Assembly: GCA_013239625.1 (NCBI GenBank)
Contig: MU054220.1
Location: 868,848 to 932,847 of the forward strand
Direction of reading: 5' to 3'
Length of the DNA: 64,000 nucleotides
Origin: Lama guanicoe
Lineage: Eukaryota
Both the position numbers and the translations under genes were made by a program. The first letter of the stretch is position 1; the number at the start of each line of letters is the position of its first letter. Below the pieces are notes generated by a model. That model was not told the DNA's origin, made no database searches, and saw only the letters and a program-made list of their open reading frames with translations. Below, piece after piece: positions 13,363 through 27,608 of this stretch.

Positions 13363-15234
13363 AGAGTCTTTTGTACGTCCTATTTCAGAGTTCAGGACAA
13401 AATTCTCTGTAAATAAAATTTTTAGTAGTGACTTCCTGAAGTCTTAAGATAATTTATTTATTCTTTCAACAAATCAGTAGCATTTTTTTTATGTTCCAAT
13501 ACTTTTAGAGATTATCATAAGAAGTTTGATTAAAAACCCATCCCTAATCTCAAAGATTTTTCAGATTAATGGAGAGGCAAGTAATTAAGAGACATACATG
13601 GGAAAAGAACACCTTATTAAATAAATGATTTGCCACAACTAGCTTTCCAACTGGAAAATAGTAAAATTGCATGTATAGCTAATACTTTATACAAAAATAA
13701 TATTGGATTAATTGCTAATAAAAAATTAAAGCAAGGCTTATTTTATTTTACTTGACACTTATTAAGGAGTAATTCTCTCTACTCTAGGATGGAATAGTAT
13801 TCTTAACTAATTATTGAAATCCAAAATAGATGTATTTAACAATTGCAAAAAAATTTAAAGGATATAGGAAAAAAAAATACCACAATGTAAAAAGACAAAA
13901 GTAGTTTGGAGAAAGATTTACATTTTAGAGAATTCTCAGAGTTAATATCTAAAATAGACAAAGATATCTAAGCAATTAACAAAAAATAAAATATTTTTAA
14001 AAATTAGAATATATACAAACAATTAAAGGAAAAATAGATCTAAATGGCCAAGAAACATATGATAGTACACTGAAGTTCCCCTGTGGACATAAAGTGGGAA
14101 TTAAAATAAGGTTTGCTTTCTACCATATTATCTTGGTTTCTTGAAAGCAACTCAAATCCTACACATGCTACATAATCTTTTAATTTTTAACAGATCAACA
14201 AACAATGTTTAGAGAACATATTAATTGGGAGTATCATCAGATTTAGAATTATCTGTCCATAAATATACCCCATTAGTTACAGCTGAAATTAGTTTTTCTA
14301 AGAATACTTTCTGTTAGAGAAAGTAAATTTATTTCAGATCATTGTAATATGAAAATTTCCAAAAGAGCATGACAGAATAAAATCAATCTTCATATATTTT
14401 AATAATCACAAAGGATTCCTAACATGGCTGATTATGAAAATCACAAAGGAGAACTTTCAAAAGACTGAATTCTCACACCACCTAAGTACTTCTTTTGCAA
14501 ATTATAAGCCCAGTTCAGAATTTTACATATAAATACCCTTCCTGGGTTACCTGCATAAGAAGACTGCTATTCAGTCCATGTTCTGGACCCTCCTGTCTTC
14601 TCCCTTGCTCTTCACTCACTGATGCCATCTCGGAGGACAAAGAGAACAAGACACATGCAACATCACTGGACTTTGAACTGTTTCCATGTGACCAACACAT
14701 TCCATGTTTGCAGGAAATCTATTTCATCTCAGCCATTCAGAAAAATATTCCTATTCAAAAAGCTGGCATTTTCAAAGTGAATATGAATGGTCTGTTACTA
14801 AAGAACTCCAAATCTTGATTGTGAACAGAGACCAAAATATTGTTTGTAGGAATTGTTCCAATCACTAACAAATTTCAATTCAACATTTTGACTGGAGAGG
14901 AAACTGTAAATGTGTATGAATTGCTTATATACAAATGTTGCTTTTTGTCTTTTATACAAGTGAGAGTGAAATAGTGAAATAGTCTTTCCAATATTTTGAT
15001 TCTCAATCAGTTACACTCTCCTGCCTTCATCCAGGGTTGTTGAGCTTTGAGTTTCCTGAGATGGAGAATAATTTCATATACAAACTTTATTATATTTTGA
15101 GTCCATCATTTCAGTTCATGAAAGTCTGTCCTGTGAGGTAAGGGTAAAGGTCTGTAGACACTTTATCTACATTTGAAATGCTGTACATGTTATAAAGTCT
15201 TTAAGTTGGTGCATCTATGTGGGTGATCCTTGTC

Positions 15235-15252
15235 TAATTAAATTCAATGGGA
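15235..15252. promoter_or_regulatory. Homeodomain (TAATTA) plus O/E-like composite, candidate OR promoter element
   Basis: TAATTAAATTCAATGGGA, ~1.87 kb upstream of the ATG at 13362; conserved at five loci. Confidence 0.6.
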
Positions 15253-15639
15253 CCTTAATCATATTTTGATGGTGACACTTTATCTCTGGAGATGCCTACA
15301 GGATAATCGCAGTGTAAAACAAAACTTGTAGAACCATATCCTCTGGGGGAAAAGTATTAAAAAACAACTTGAGGTCATGTCATCAAAGGGAAAAGCTCAG
15401 GATGGGCAGAAATGAAATACGTAAAAACGTTCTTGTTTAAACCATGGCCTTCAAAATAGGCAAGTCTGTTAATTTTAATCTTTGTCTCTGAAGATGATTT
15501 CTGAACTAATTTCCAAAACATTATGAATGCTAATTTCAGAATAAGTCACTTGAATTCTGTTTCAGATGCAGATAAAGTTTGTCACATACTTTGTCACATA
15601 TTTCAGACAGGCGAGTTGATAGAATCTGTGTTAGTGTGG

Positions 15640-17100
15640 AAACAGGGAAAGAAGGCATTTGTGGGACTATTCTGTTCACCTCAAATACCTCATGGGGCTC
15701 TCACCAAAGTAGACAGTACACTAGGCCATGACATAATTGCAATACATTTCAAAGGACTTAAATTATAGAGCACAAATATTTATAGATATATATATATATA
15801 TTTTATAATAATGTAATCAACTAGAAATTGATAACAAAACATAACATTTTCTAATTAATTATAAATTAAGCAACATAAACCTAAATGAACTGTGAACATT
15901 TTAAAAGGTACATTTTCAATACAAAGATAATGATACAAATGAATGTAAAAGATGTATGAAAGGTACGTATGAAATATATATGTATAAAAGCCATATTTAA
16001 TATAGTACATATTTTATTTATCAGTCAACCGGATGCAGTTAAAGGAGTGCTTAGAGAGATTTATAACTTAAATGCAAGTATTAGGAAACAGAAAATATTA
16101 TAAAAAATGAACTAAGTTTCTGTTTCAAGAAGCTAGAAAAAAAATTAAAATAAACCCAGGGGGTGGAAGGTGGGAAGGGATAGACTGAGATTTCAAAATT
16201 GTAGAATAGATAAATAAGATGATACTGTATAGCACAGGGAAATATACACAAGATCTTATGGTAGCTCATGGAGAAAAAAGGTGACAATGAATATATATAT
16301 ATGTTCATGTATAACTGAAAAATAGTGCTCTATACTGGAATTTGATACAACATTGTAAAATGATTATAAATCAATAAAAAATTTAAAAAAAAAGAGTCAC
16401 ACAGGTGGGCTGCGCCAGCATTGACCTTAATAAACAGCAGAAAGCACTTCTGGACACAGGAGAAAAAAAAATTGAAATAAACCCAGAGAACACTGCAGAA
16501 AGGAAATAGCAAATGGAAGACAAGTCATTGAAATAGAAACAAATTCAAAATAAAGAAAGTATTTAATGAGTTCTTTCAGAGTTAATAAACTGGATAAGAT
16601 TCTAGCAAAACTGATTAAGAAAAAAGAAGACAAAAAACAAATTATTAGAATCCACAATGAAGAGACAGTTGTTACTTCAGACTCTACATATTTTGAAAAG
16701 ATAATAAAATAATATGTTACATGATTTAGTATAGTATATCTGCCAACTAAAGAAAATGGACAACTGCTATGAAAAATACAACTTTCTAAGCACACTAGGA
16801 AAAAAAATAATTAAAAGCTAGAATAATTTAATACCCAAGTAAATGAATTCTTTAGAATCCTGCCATTGAAAACCAAAATTTCATTCTCATGTAGCTTTAA
16901 TCAATGAATACTATGTAACAACTAATCAACAAGCAGTACCAGTCTTACATAAGTACTTTTCACTCCTGGGAAGAATTAATATACTTCCTAACACATTCTA
17001 TGCACCCAGCATAACCCTTATACCAGAATGAAACCTGGGGAGCACAAAGAAAATAGATTAATACCTTACATTCACAAAGACACAAAATTCTGAACATAAT
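15640..17100 (+). mobile_element. Ancient L1M ORF2 (endonuclease-to-RT) remnant
   Basis: Peptide HGALTKVDSTLGH resembles L1 EN HGTFSKIDHILGH; also gtgcttagagag, caagaagctagaaaa and ccagcataacccttatacca. Paralog at ~30790-31930. Confidence 0.75.
16160..16460 (+). mobile_element. Young 5'-truncated L1 3' end with extra 3' sequence, inside a target-site duplication
   Basis: L1 3'UTR 16160-16393 ends in AATAAA and an A tail. TSD aaaaatt(a/g)aaataaacccag ends at 16159 and 16486. Absent from the paralog near 31285-31305. Confidence 0.9.
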
Positions 17101-18576
17101 ATTTAGTTTGATTCTTTTGGATGTTTTCTTTTTGGATTTTTTTTTAATTCTTCCTAATTTGTTTTTGAAACAGGTCTTGAGAAGTGTTCAGTCCAGGGCT
17201 AATTAGTATATCTCTATTTATGCAAAATCTTCCTAAGCATTGACCCTCATGAACTACAAGGTTTTCCAGCTGGTAAGAATAGGCACTTTTCCTGACCCAA
17301 TGTGAGGAGCAAGCACCCTTCTCTCTCATCTATCTGGGCAGATCTTTCCCAGCCTCAGGTAGTTTTCTCAAATGTTTGCACCGATCAGTACTTTTATGAT
17401 GAGCTGAGAGGGATTCTCTCTAGCTCTCCAGCATTCTCTCTCTCAGTGTCTGTCTGGCTGTCTCTCTTTCCCACCACTGACAAGGTCTCTAGGTCTATGC
17501 TCTATGATATTCCATCTTCAGAATTCTAGCTGCTTGGTCTCCACAGAACCGCAACTTCATCTCAACTCAAGCAACATACCAGGACCTTCTAAGGTATTCT
17601 TCTCTGTGTCACAACAAGGGAACTTTTAAAGGTAATAAACTGGAAAATCCTAGAGCCCGACTTGTTTCCCATCTCTTAGTGATCACTGTCAATTGGTTCT
17701 GACATCTAGTGTCTTGAAAATAATTATTTCATATATTTCTGCTTTCTTTACTTCTTTTTTCAATAACTATATGAAAATATTTGTAGCAGTTTTATTCATA
17801 ACTTCAAAGAGTTGGAACCAATGTGTATCAGATTCATAGTTCACTAGCTTTGGAAATTAATCATAGACTTCTTTGTTTAAATTTGATAAAAGAATGTTTA
17901 CTCATGTTTCAAATGGCTACTCAAGTCTTGGTATGTAAAAATAAAGCATGTCCTTTATATTAAAGAAAAACTGTGAGCCACAAGGGTATTTAAGAAAATA
18001 AGTCCATCTTAAGAGTAATCTCAAATTTTCTGGCTTGTGTTTTAGAAAGAAAAGAATTAGGGATAGTTTGTGAATTATATTTCCTCATTTAGTGGTGCCT
18101 TTCCTTTTGCTTTTGGTAAATTAATAGCACAGAAAAAAAATTCAGCTGTGATTCCATCATTCAACAAATTTCTATGCCTTATTTGCTTTGCAACAGGCTA
18201 AGCAAACACAGAAGAATGTCTGATATCAAGGTCCAATGAAAAACCAATTTCATCCAAGTAACATATATGAAGGATTTAGTAAAGTAGTGGTAATAATCTG
18301 AAGAAAAATATACTTTACAATCACCAACTAAGGGTCTATAGTCATTCTCTCCATTGCCTATTCTGGTTATGATCACAAACGTTGAAGCCATAGTAAAGTA
18401 TCTTACCAAAATGCCTAGTAAATGCCTAGCCAATATTAAATTATCAAAAATGTTAGTTTATGAATCCTTTTCTTCTTTCAATGATCTGCAAAATATTTTA
18501 GTTTTCCTTCAAATTTGCAACAGATATAATTCTCCCTGTGTATATAAATCATCACATTCTTGGCATCATGAACAGC

Positions 18577-19503
18577 CTAAGTTACTCTCCTCTTCAACAA
18601 ACTCCTCATGGCATTTTTCACCTCTGTGTTTCTAACTGTGTAAATGATAGGATTTAACATGGGAGTGAGGATTATAAAGAACACATTCATCAACAGGTCC
18701 ACAGGGTAAGTGTCCACAGGACATGTGTAGGTGAAAATACAAGGGACAAAATAGAGCACCACTACTGTAAAGTGGGAGCCACAGGTAGAGAGGGCCTTGC
18801 GCCGTCCTTCAGAGCCATGGGATTTCAGGGAGCTCAGGATGACTATGTAGGAGATGAGCAGCATGGAAAAAATGAGTAAGCACATGCCCCCACTGTTCAC
18901 TGCTACCACCACTCCAAGCCTGTAGGTGTCGCTACAGGCAAGCTTCAACAATGAGAAGAAATCACACATGAAGTGATCTATGACATTGGGACCACAGAAG
19001 GGCAAGTTGACCATGAATAGAATCTGCACGGTGGCATGTAGGATCCCCCCAAGCCAGGCCACCACCACCAGGAGCTGGCAGAGCCCCTGTCGCATGATGG
19101 TCATGTAGTGCAGAGGCTTGCAGATGGCCACATAGCGATCATAGGCCATGACAACCAGGATGATGATCTCTGATCCTCCCAGGAGGTGTTCAACAAAGAT
19201 CTGAGTCATGCAGCCACCCCAGGAGATGGTTCCCCTCTCATACAGCAGGTCAATGATCACTTTAGGAGTGGTGACAGATGAATATATGGCATCTATGAAG
19301 GACAAGTAAGTAAGAAAGAAGTACATGGGAGCTGAAAGTGCAGGGCTGAGGGAGATGGTGATGACCATGAGCAAATTGGCCAACACAGTAAATAGGAAGA
19401 TGAACAAAAACACAATGAAGAGTATTTTCTGCAAGTGTGGATTCTGCGTGAGTCCCAAGAGAACAAATTCAGTCACATTGTTGGGAGGCGTGAGGAGATT
19501 CAT
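18577..19503 (-). CDS. Olfactory receptor, family 4, OR4C-type, intact 308 aa
   Basis: Full ORF with [52 protein letters not shown]. Subfamily assigned by resemblance only. Confidence 0.92.
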   Translation of the reverse strand: MNLLTPPNNVTEFVLLGLTQNPHLQKILFIVFLFIFLFTVLANLLMVITISLSPALSAPMYFFLTYLSFIDAIYSSVTTPKVIIDLLYERGTISWGGCMTQIFVEHLLGGSEIIILVVMAYDRYVAICKPLHYMTIMRQGLCQLLVVVAWLGGILHATVQILFMVNLPFCGPNVIDHFMCDFFSLLKLACSDTYRLGVVVAVNSGGMCLLIFSMLLISYIVILSSLKSHGSEGRRKALSTCGSHFTVVVLYFVPCIFTYTCPVDTYPVDLLMNVFFIILTPMLNPIIYTVRNTEVKNAMRSLLKRRVT

Positions 19504-22122
19504 TCAGCAAGTGACACCTTCCTGGGGCCTGAATTATCTACGAGAATAAGGAATGATTCCCATTAATCATGAAAGGATCATGGTCTGAATATCTTGGTAC
19601 AGAAACAGAGCAGTCACTGTACCTTTGTAGTGTGTCCTTGACAGTCCTGCCTAAGTGCTTGTTTCAGTTCTCTCTTACTTCCTCCACGATGTTTTCATCT
19701 CTTCAGACACCTAGTACCTGTCATCTGTAAAACATCTACAGAGCAACATTTGATGGGTAATTTACTGAGAAAATTCTGAGCTACGTATGCAAGATCTGGA
19801 TTACCTTTCTTGTTCCAACTCCATGTGACTCTGGTGCATCAGCTCTGTGTCCCATGACTTCAAGCACTCTTTTGCATCTGTGAGGTTACAGAGTGTAATT
19901 CTCAGATGGATCTTGTAAGCTAAGAGATGCTGCACACAGACAAGAGATCTTTCTTCTTCCATGAGTATTCAAATCTGAACCCTCAGCTCTAAATGTGAAA
20001 AGAAAGACACTATGAATACATATCTCTAATAAGCAAGCAGTTTAGGGAAATGTATGTAAGTCGCTGGCAACATGCTCTCGCTGGTACCTACCAGGACCCA
20101 TAAGCTGTTCAGGTGTGTTCCCTCACTGCACCTACCACAGTGCCTGGCATAATGTCTGCACTGCCTGGAACCTGTTAGGTGCTGAGTAAGTGCTTGGTGA
20201 ATTGCCATTCTCCATGGGGGAGAATACACCTGCCTCCCCAGACCATAAATGTACCAGGAATTCAAGTGTTCTCACCCTCCTGCTCTGTTTATCATTATTC
20301 TCTACTTTATCCAAAACAGAAATAAATTTGATATTAAGTTGTATTCCATGTTAATCTTTCTGGCACATTTTATGGGGTAATACGAAAATATTAATTGCCT
20401 CTAGGAATGAGTATGTTATCAGGTCATTTTAGTATCAACATAATTGTAGTGTTTGTTAATTAATACATTTTTATTCTTCAAAATTCTGTTCCACATACAA
20501 TTTAACAGAGTCACATGCAGTAAATTTACAGCACAGTAGACTTGGATTAAAAAAAAACTAATGTGTAAGTGTTCAGTACATGGAGGATCTGTCAAGTAAG
20601 GAAATCCTCATTTTCAAAGTTCTAAAAGTAAAAATTAATTATAAGAACAAAAAGAAATCAGTTTCAAGATAAGACAGAGAGATAAGTAATGTACTATACA
20701 CATGGACATATATACACACAACACAAACATATGCAAAGTCTATCACTATAAGTACCTATTACAATTTCACTCATTCAACACATGTTTATTGCACACTGAC
20801 TGTGTATATTAATATATGTGTGTAAACATAAAGTTATAAAAAGTGTCCCTGTGAAGTGTCTTTAGTAATCCCTTCCCTGAAATTTCATTAGCAAACAGCG
20901 GAACTCATCCTTCCATGATGTGAATGACCTTCCCACCCCTTTGTTTCTGCTGCAGGCATTCTCATGTCTTCTTCTCCCATCTTCCCACAGCATCCATCAT
21001 CCATCATTCCTGGTTGCAGGATGATACTGCATTATTAATAGAATGAGGAAATTTGGGGACATGAATTTCCCAAAGGAAAAACATAAACATAATAAAACAC
21101 ATTCTACCAAAATCTGTCTTTTCCTTTCAAAGACAAATGGATAAAGAGCTTTATTTTTTAATTATCCAAATTGAAAAATTTACACATATGTGGAAACAAA
21201 GTACAGTAGCTTCACTGAATTCTCTTATTCCCAGGAAGATGCCCTCAGTAGATCAGAAAATAGTATAGTGTATATTAATTAATAATTAGACATAATTAAT
21301 GAAATTTATTTAGAAATGATTATGAAGAAATAAAAACACTCTTTTTTCTCTTTGATTCTATAATACACTTTCTAGGATTAAACTCTAAAGGAAAATACTT
21401 TTTAAAAGGAAAGAACATTATTCACAAATATGTTTAACTAAATTTTTAAGAGCTATGGAAAATTTGCAAACTACATGGAATGCTTAACAGTGGAAAAATG
21501 GATAATTAAAATACAGTGCATCTCCTTGATTCATATGGAGTGTTTAACTGGGGTCTTTAAAAAAATTGTGCAGTATAATAGGAAAATCTGATGTACTATA
21601 AATTGGGAAAATTTTGGATGCAAATTTGAATTATACAGTTATTCTAATTTAATTTTAACTAATTTTATTTTTCCTCTAACTAATTTAAATATATATCAAT
21701 AAGAAAAAAAAGACCCCAAGTATTTTTACTTCTAAGTTGGCATAATTGTAGTTGAGTCATTCTTAATGTCTTGCCTGCTGAAGAGGGATTGAAATCTCAG
21801 ATTGGGGAGGATGAGGGATGATTCTATAACTTGTAAATCCATTTAAATCTGAGAGTCTATGATTATGTGATCTCCTGAGGGAAAAATAAATCTTACCTGT
21901 GAACTTGCCTGTCATAGCTCCATGGTCAGGGTCCCAGGAAGCTGATAGTTCACCAAGAAAGAAAGAAAGTTGTAAAATGAAAAATGGCAACTAACTCAGC
22001 TACAATGAGCATTTTGCTGATTTATAAGTAGTACCTTTGGATGGGGGCTTTCTCTTGAACCTGAAAATTGCTACCACATTTCCTGTTTGTAGACCAATTC
22101 AGTAAAGTTTGTTAGCTGTGGC

Positions 22123-22140
22123 TAATTGGACCTCAGGGGT
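22123..22140. promoter_or_regulatory. Homeodomain (TAATTG) plus O/E-like composite for the OR4C-type gene
   Basis: TAATTGGACCTCAGGGGT, same spacing as the OR4A motif, just upstream of a minus-strand donor CAG|GTAAGA near 21897. Confidence 0.45.
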
Positions 22141-24714
22141 ATTCCACCACCATTAGGAGATTTTGCCAACAACCCAATTATTTGATGAAACTTAACTAAA
22201 CTTTAGAAGAGAACTCTTAGAGGATTCCTCTTTAATTTTGAACTCCTCATTAAGTCTACATGAACACAAAACTTCATGATAACAGAAAACAAAATAAGTT
22301 GATCATTAATGAATTTAGGTATTTGATAACAAATGAGCTTAATATTGAGTCTGAATAAGAAATATTGTATAAGTTAGTCAGTTATGGTGGTAACTACGTA
22401 ACTGAAAAAATGTTTATTATAATATTGTATTTTTTAATCAATCATTCATGCAAATTAGAATGCTTAAATATTTCTTTTCAGATGTACATTAAGTGATAAT
22501 TACAAATCCTATTATAATATTGGCATTTCACAGCAGGTAAAGTTTAGAATACATTTTCAAATTGGTTGTATCTTGCATCAGTTCTGGAATTAGATTAACA
22601 TAATAACCATGTAAATCTTTCCAGTCTTCAGTTATATTCAGAGATGGCAGAATACATTTATTTCAGTCATTTAAGTTTAATTTCATAATATCCTGTGGAA
22701 TGCAAAAGAATAAGTTTTAATATCAACAATTTATAGTAAGTAAATATAAGACAAAGAATCAGAATGCCATTTGCCAAGGCAAAATAGGCGACCAGGACAC
22801 TAACTTCCAGGCCAGGATACTTACATTTAAATTATTGTTTTACAATCTTTAATTATCGTCATGGCAAGTTTCCCTTGCCACCAACTGAGAGGCCTATTAC
22901 AATTATCTACTAAAATAAATAACTATCAATATTTGAAATTATTTTTAAATGAATTTACTCCAGTTCAATTTGTTTGTAAATACTCCTATATAGCACAAAC
23001 CCACTGACCATGTTCAAAAATGCCTGCATTCATAAGAAGAAAAATAAGTTTTACACTGATGATTTATTTTCTGGATTCCTCCAGAGAATGGGATCACTGT
23101 GAGCAGCATGGGTCAAACCTGGTTTGACCAGACATTTTAATATTAAAGTGCTGTAATAATATCTGTGATAGCAGATGCCCAAGACAGTCTAAATGAGGAC
23201 TTGAAACCATCTAAATAACTATAAGGAATATGAAATTTCCTGATATGTCATCATGAAAATGTCTTGAACTTATCTTCAACTCTGGAATGAAAGACTTAGA
23301 TAAGAGAATTAGCATGGACAGACAAAGTCATTCTCAACCTCATAAAAAAATTGAGCTCCACTCACAATGGTCCATTGAGGGGTCATCCCAGCCTCTACTT
23401 AAATAACTACAGTGCTGGATAAAGATGGCTTTAGAACCCTTACACCTGTCTAGTCCAGCTCCCCAAGTCCTAGAGTGGTCCATGAAATGGAAAGAGATAC
23501 GAGTTAGGTCTAAATCAGTGAAGATTGTCTAGGAAAACAACTTTTCAAAAGAGGAGTCCCTGGAGCCACACCAGGAAAATCTGTTTTCGGAATGCAAATC
23601 CAAGGAAAGAGTGGTTTAAAACCCTGGAGATAACAGCAAAACAGATTCTTGAACATGAAAGGGCAGAAGAAATTATATGTGAATCTTATCACAGTTGATC
23701 AGAAACCAGTTGAGGTATGGTTTCTTGTTTGATAGGTTCAGGGACTAATTTCACAGAAACCAGGTACCTGTCAAAGTGTTCTCATGGCAGATTCATGTAT
23801 CACGCTAGGTAGCAGATCATGTTCTCAAAATAACAAAGCACTCAAGAGCAGAGAGAGTCAAAATTAATTCACAACAAAGTCTTTTAAGTTAGGTAAGTTG
23901 TTGAGCTGAGAAAATTTTTCTTTGACAACTGTGGACTAATAATTCCTGCTTTTTTTAAAAAAAAAAAAACAGCCCTTATAAATAATCTCCTGAGACAATT
24001 GTCAAAGGGGATTCCAGATTCAAGAGACTAAGTGTAAAGCCATCTTCCTAATAGTGAAATTGTTTTAGGGATATATTTTATTGTTTGGTTTTGAAAAACA
24101 TCTGCATTTAATTGCTACTAATAATTGTTAACCTGATAAAGTGTCACATCTTATGGCATATAATTAAAAATACTGTATATGCTAAACCATAATCAATGAC
24201 CAATTCCAAGAAATTCTGTATAATAAAAACTCACACAATGTGGGGAAGCATATTTGGGCTCAAATCTAACTTATATTTTCCGTGATCAAGTTTTTTAACC
24301 TTTCGGATCCTCCATTTTTTCTGTAAAATAAGAACACTAAATTTTAATTTTATAATGCTGCTGTAATCACCAGAGAACACTTTATTATTTTCATATCTGC
24401 TAAATACAGTGAGATCAATTTTTTAAGTGACTGATCACTTTTACCCAACAGAACAAGAAATCCAGAATAATTTTAAATATTAGGTATGTCAGGTGTGTGC
24501 CAAGAGGGTACCAGCATCTTCTTTCTATAATATATTCCACTCCATTCTAAATACCAACAAACCATACAGCTTTCTGAATTCCAACTGCTTATATACACAG
24601 GCACATTATACAACTCTGTAATTAGGAAGAGAAAAATTTCAATGACTACAAAAACAGAGGGGTTTTGATGAAATACTATGTTTTTTCAGATATCATTTGA
24701 AGTCATCAGAAGAA

Positions 24715-24862
24715 CATAAATTTGAATTTTGAAAAGGGTAGATCTGAAGACTAGCTGTGTCTCTGATATTGGGCAGATTGTTTAAATTTTTTGAAATTCA
24801 ATTTTCTTCATCTGTAAAGTGGGAATAATCCTAACTATACTTACCTTGCAGAGGTGGTGTCA
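24715..24862 (+). mobile_element. MIR SINE remnant
   Basis: ttttcttcatctgtaaagtgggaataat core. Confidence 0.7.
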
Positions 24863-25849
24863 GTGGCAGGTGAGAAGTATGAGAAGGCGTACTTCTTGAC
24901 TTGATCCTTGAAAATGTGAGTCAAATGTAAATAAGAGAGTCCTCTTTTTAAATAAGTAAACCACAAGGCAAGGTTTATGTATACTCTATGGAGATGATTA
25001 CAAATTTTTATTGAGACATCAATCAATCATTCACAATATGTGGGTTTTTTTTTTTCTGGATTGGACACAAGACATTAAAATTTGTAGGTTTTCCTCAAAA
25101 TAAATATGTAGAGTCATGGCATTCTAAACATATTTTATGGGAAGTTTTCAAACTCTGCAAAATGACCATAAAGTTTGGAAGAGGAGGGGGAGAAGAGGAA
25201 AAATTGCCCCCAAATTGAATCCTCTTGATGCTATAAAGCTTGACATACTAAATAGAACATTTTCAAATTGTTATACAAATTAATAATTGTGTTGGAAGAA
25301 TATTTTACAGTTTGGGCTTAGATATTTCCTTGTCATAAACAAAAATAAATTATAGTTGGGTTAAAAAATAAAATATTTTGAGAAGTTTATTTTTGAAAAA
25401 AAGGTTAAAATTCATAAAATCATTGGAAGATTATGAAATTTTCTGAGTGATGTGATAGAAAAAAATCAAAAAGTAAAAGAATATTAAAATAAAATACTTA
25501 TATAAAAACATCAATAATTATAACATAAAAGATATAATAATTTTAAGTATATATAGTAAATATCAGAGTAAATATTTATAGCAATATTATATATTATATC
25601 TTTAATGTAGAATAGGTTAATCAAAACTTGTCAGAAAAAATATTCACTTCAATAGGCCAAGAATTCAAGTAATTGACAAAATCTAGAGTGGATTCTGGGT
25701 TCCCTATATTATTCAAGAAACAGAGAAAACAAAGACAATTTTAAAAAGTCTGTGACTTCAAGGAGGTTATAGACCAATGAACAGACACAATTAATAAAGA
25801 CTTTTAGCTCATCAATTGAAATAACTACACAAATTTGAAAATTAAACAT

Positions 25850-26205
25850 CTGACTTGGTCCATTTGGCTACTAATAAAGAATACCATAGACTGGGTGGTG
25901 AAATAATAAACATTTATTTTCACCAGTTTGGAGGATCAGGAGTCCAAGGTTAAGGTGCCAGCAGATTTCATATCTGACAAGGTCCCTTCCCTGTTGATAG
26001 ACAGCCATCATTTTGCTGCATCCTCACATGGCAGGAGAGTCATGGGTGTTGGGGTCTCCATAAAAGAGCATCCATTCCAATCATAAGGACTCCATCTTCA
26101 TGATCTAATCATTTCCTAAAGGGCCCACCTCCAAGCACCGTCACATTCTAAAGGATTTAACTTCTGGTTTTGAAGAGGGACACAACTCTCAGTCTAGAGC
26201 AACAT
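25850..26205 (-). mobile_element. MaLR LTR (MLT1A-like), duplicated copy
   Basis: Paralog of 10700-11057 within the OR4A duplicon. Confidence 0.85.
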
Positions 26206-27608
26206 TCAAAGTGGAGGAAAAAAATACACAGAATCTGATAAACTCAAATGCTTGGTATCTTTGGTAAATAGCATTGTACCTGAGAAGACTTTGAGGTAAT
26301 ATAAGAAATATCCATTTAACAGGGATAACTTCATCTCTTTATGAAGTTTCTCGTACAGTGTGATTTACTAGTGATCAGTACCCATTGATTCAAAGACTTC
26401 ACCCCTCATATCAAGATTAAACAATGGAGGCAGAATAGTACATTTCTTTGATCAAATGCTTCTGACTACTTAGAGGCAGATAATGTTTTATTTCAACCCT
26501 GATTCAAAGAAAGAAACTATTTTATGAATGATATGTCAAATAAAACAGTATATTCTGATTTCCTGATTGCCTACTAATCTGTATTTCATTAATAAGAGAG
26601 ATAAGATTGTCATATATAGTCAGCATTTATTTTAACAATGATACCATCTAAAATACCTGGTGTCGAGTTCTGTAGTTCATGTTTGAAGTTTGTACATTAT
26701 GTTTTATGCTACATTTACAGATGAAAGGCAGAGCCTGTACTTCTACAGAAGGCTATGAAACACAATAAGCAAAAAAGGAGCTGGGAATATTGAAAAGAGC
26801 AGATGTATTACCAGATATTCTAAACTATTGGGAAGACTAATGGATCATTGTTATGAAAATATAAATCCAAACAAAGCTACACCACTTGAGGAGATAATAT
26901 GATTACCTAACTGGGAAAAGAAGTAAGATTTGATGATTTTTCTACATAAACACCTTGTTCATTTGGATGAATTTTACAAACTTAGCCACCTTATGATACT
27001 ATTACAACTGAAACATCACTCTTCTTCAATGTTAACATTCTAAGCAATATAAACAAAATAATATATGCAAAGTGTCTTACAGATAAAAAATTAAAATATA
27101 TACTTCAATATTAATATGGGCTGTCTTTGTGTGGAATGGAGTGAATAAATTGTTTATGTCATACCTCTATTATTTTCTGAAAATTGTAATCAGTCCTACT
27201 AATTATGAGAATGTTTACATTAATTAAGAGAGTAACAAGAGAAAATCTTCCACTAACTAAAATAAATCTACACTATTAACTATTGCTTAATTCATCATAT
27301 AGAACATAAATGTATATTCTCGAGAGACACTTTATACCTAAAAACTATATATATTATCCTGGGAAACTGTGAAGATCTTAAAAATATATTTCAAACTATA
27401 TATATACATATCTATAACTAGAAAATTATGAAATTATTAAAAGTATATAATGATCATTGGAAGTATTCACATAATAAATATTTTTCATCAAGCCCAAGTT
27501 ATTAAAACTGAGGAGAAATTTACTACAGTTAAAAATCACACATGACTTCTACTGGAATGAACAAATTCTTTACTGAAAATAGGTGATAAAATATATGTCC
27601 CTGCTACC

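Larger units (their letters stand above)
9690..17820. repeat. OR4A duplicon, copy A (~8 kb direct repeat)
   Basis: Colinear with ~24897-32370, including the MLT1A LTR, the OR gene, the upstream region and the old L1 fragment. Confidence 0.92.

Noticed and set aside
14495..14818. ORFs on both strands shared with 29623-29884
   Set aside because: Start, stop and length differ between paralogs; the region is better explained as a non-coding 5' exon.
15523..15768. 81-aa ORF conserved at 30659-30904 as a possible novel small protein
   Set aside because: Both lie in the same duplicon, and the C-terminal half is a decayed L1 endonuclease remnant; the similarity is explained by duplication.
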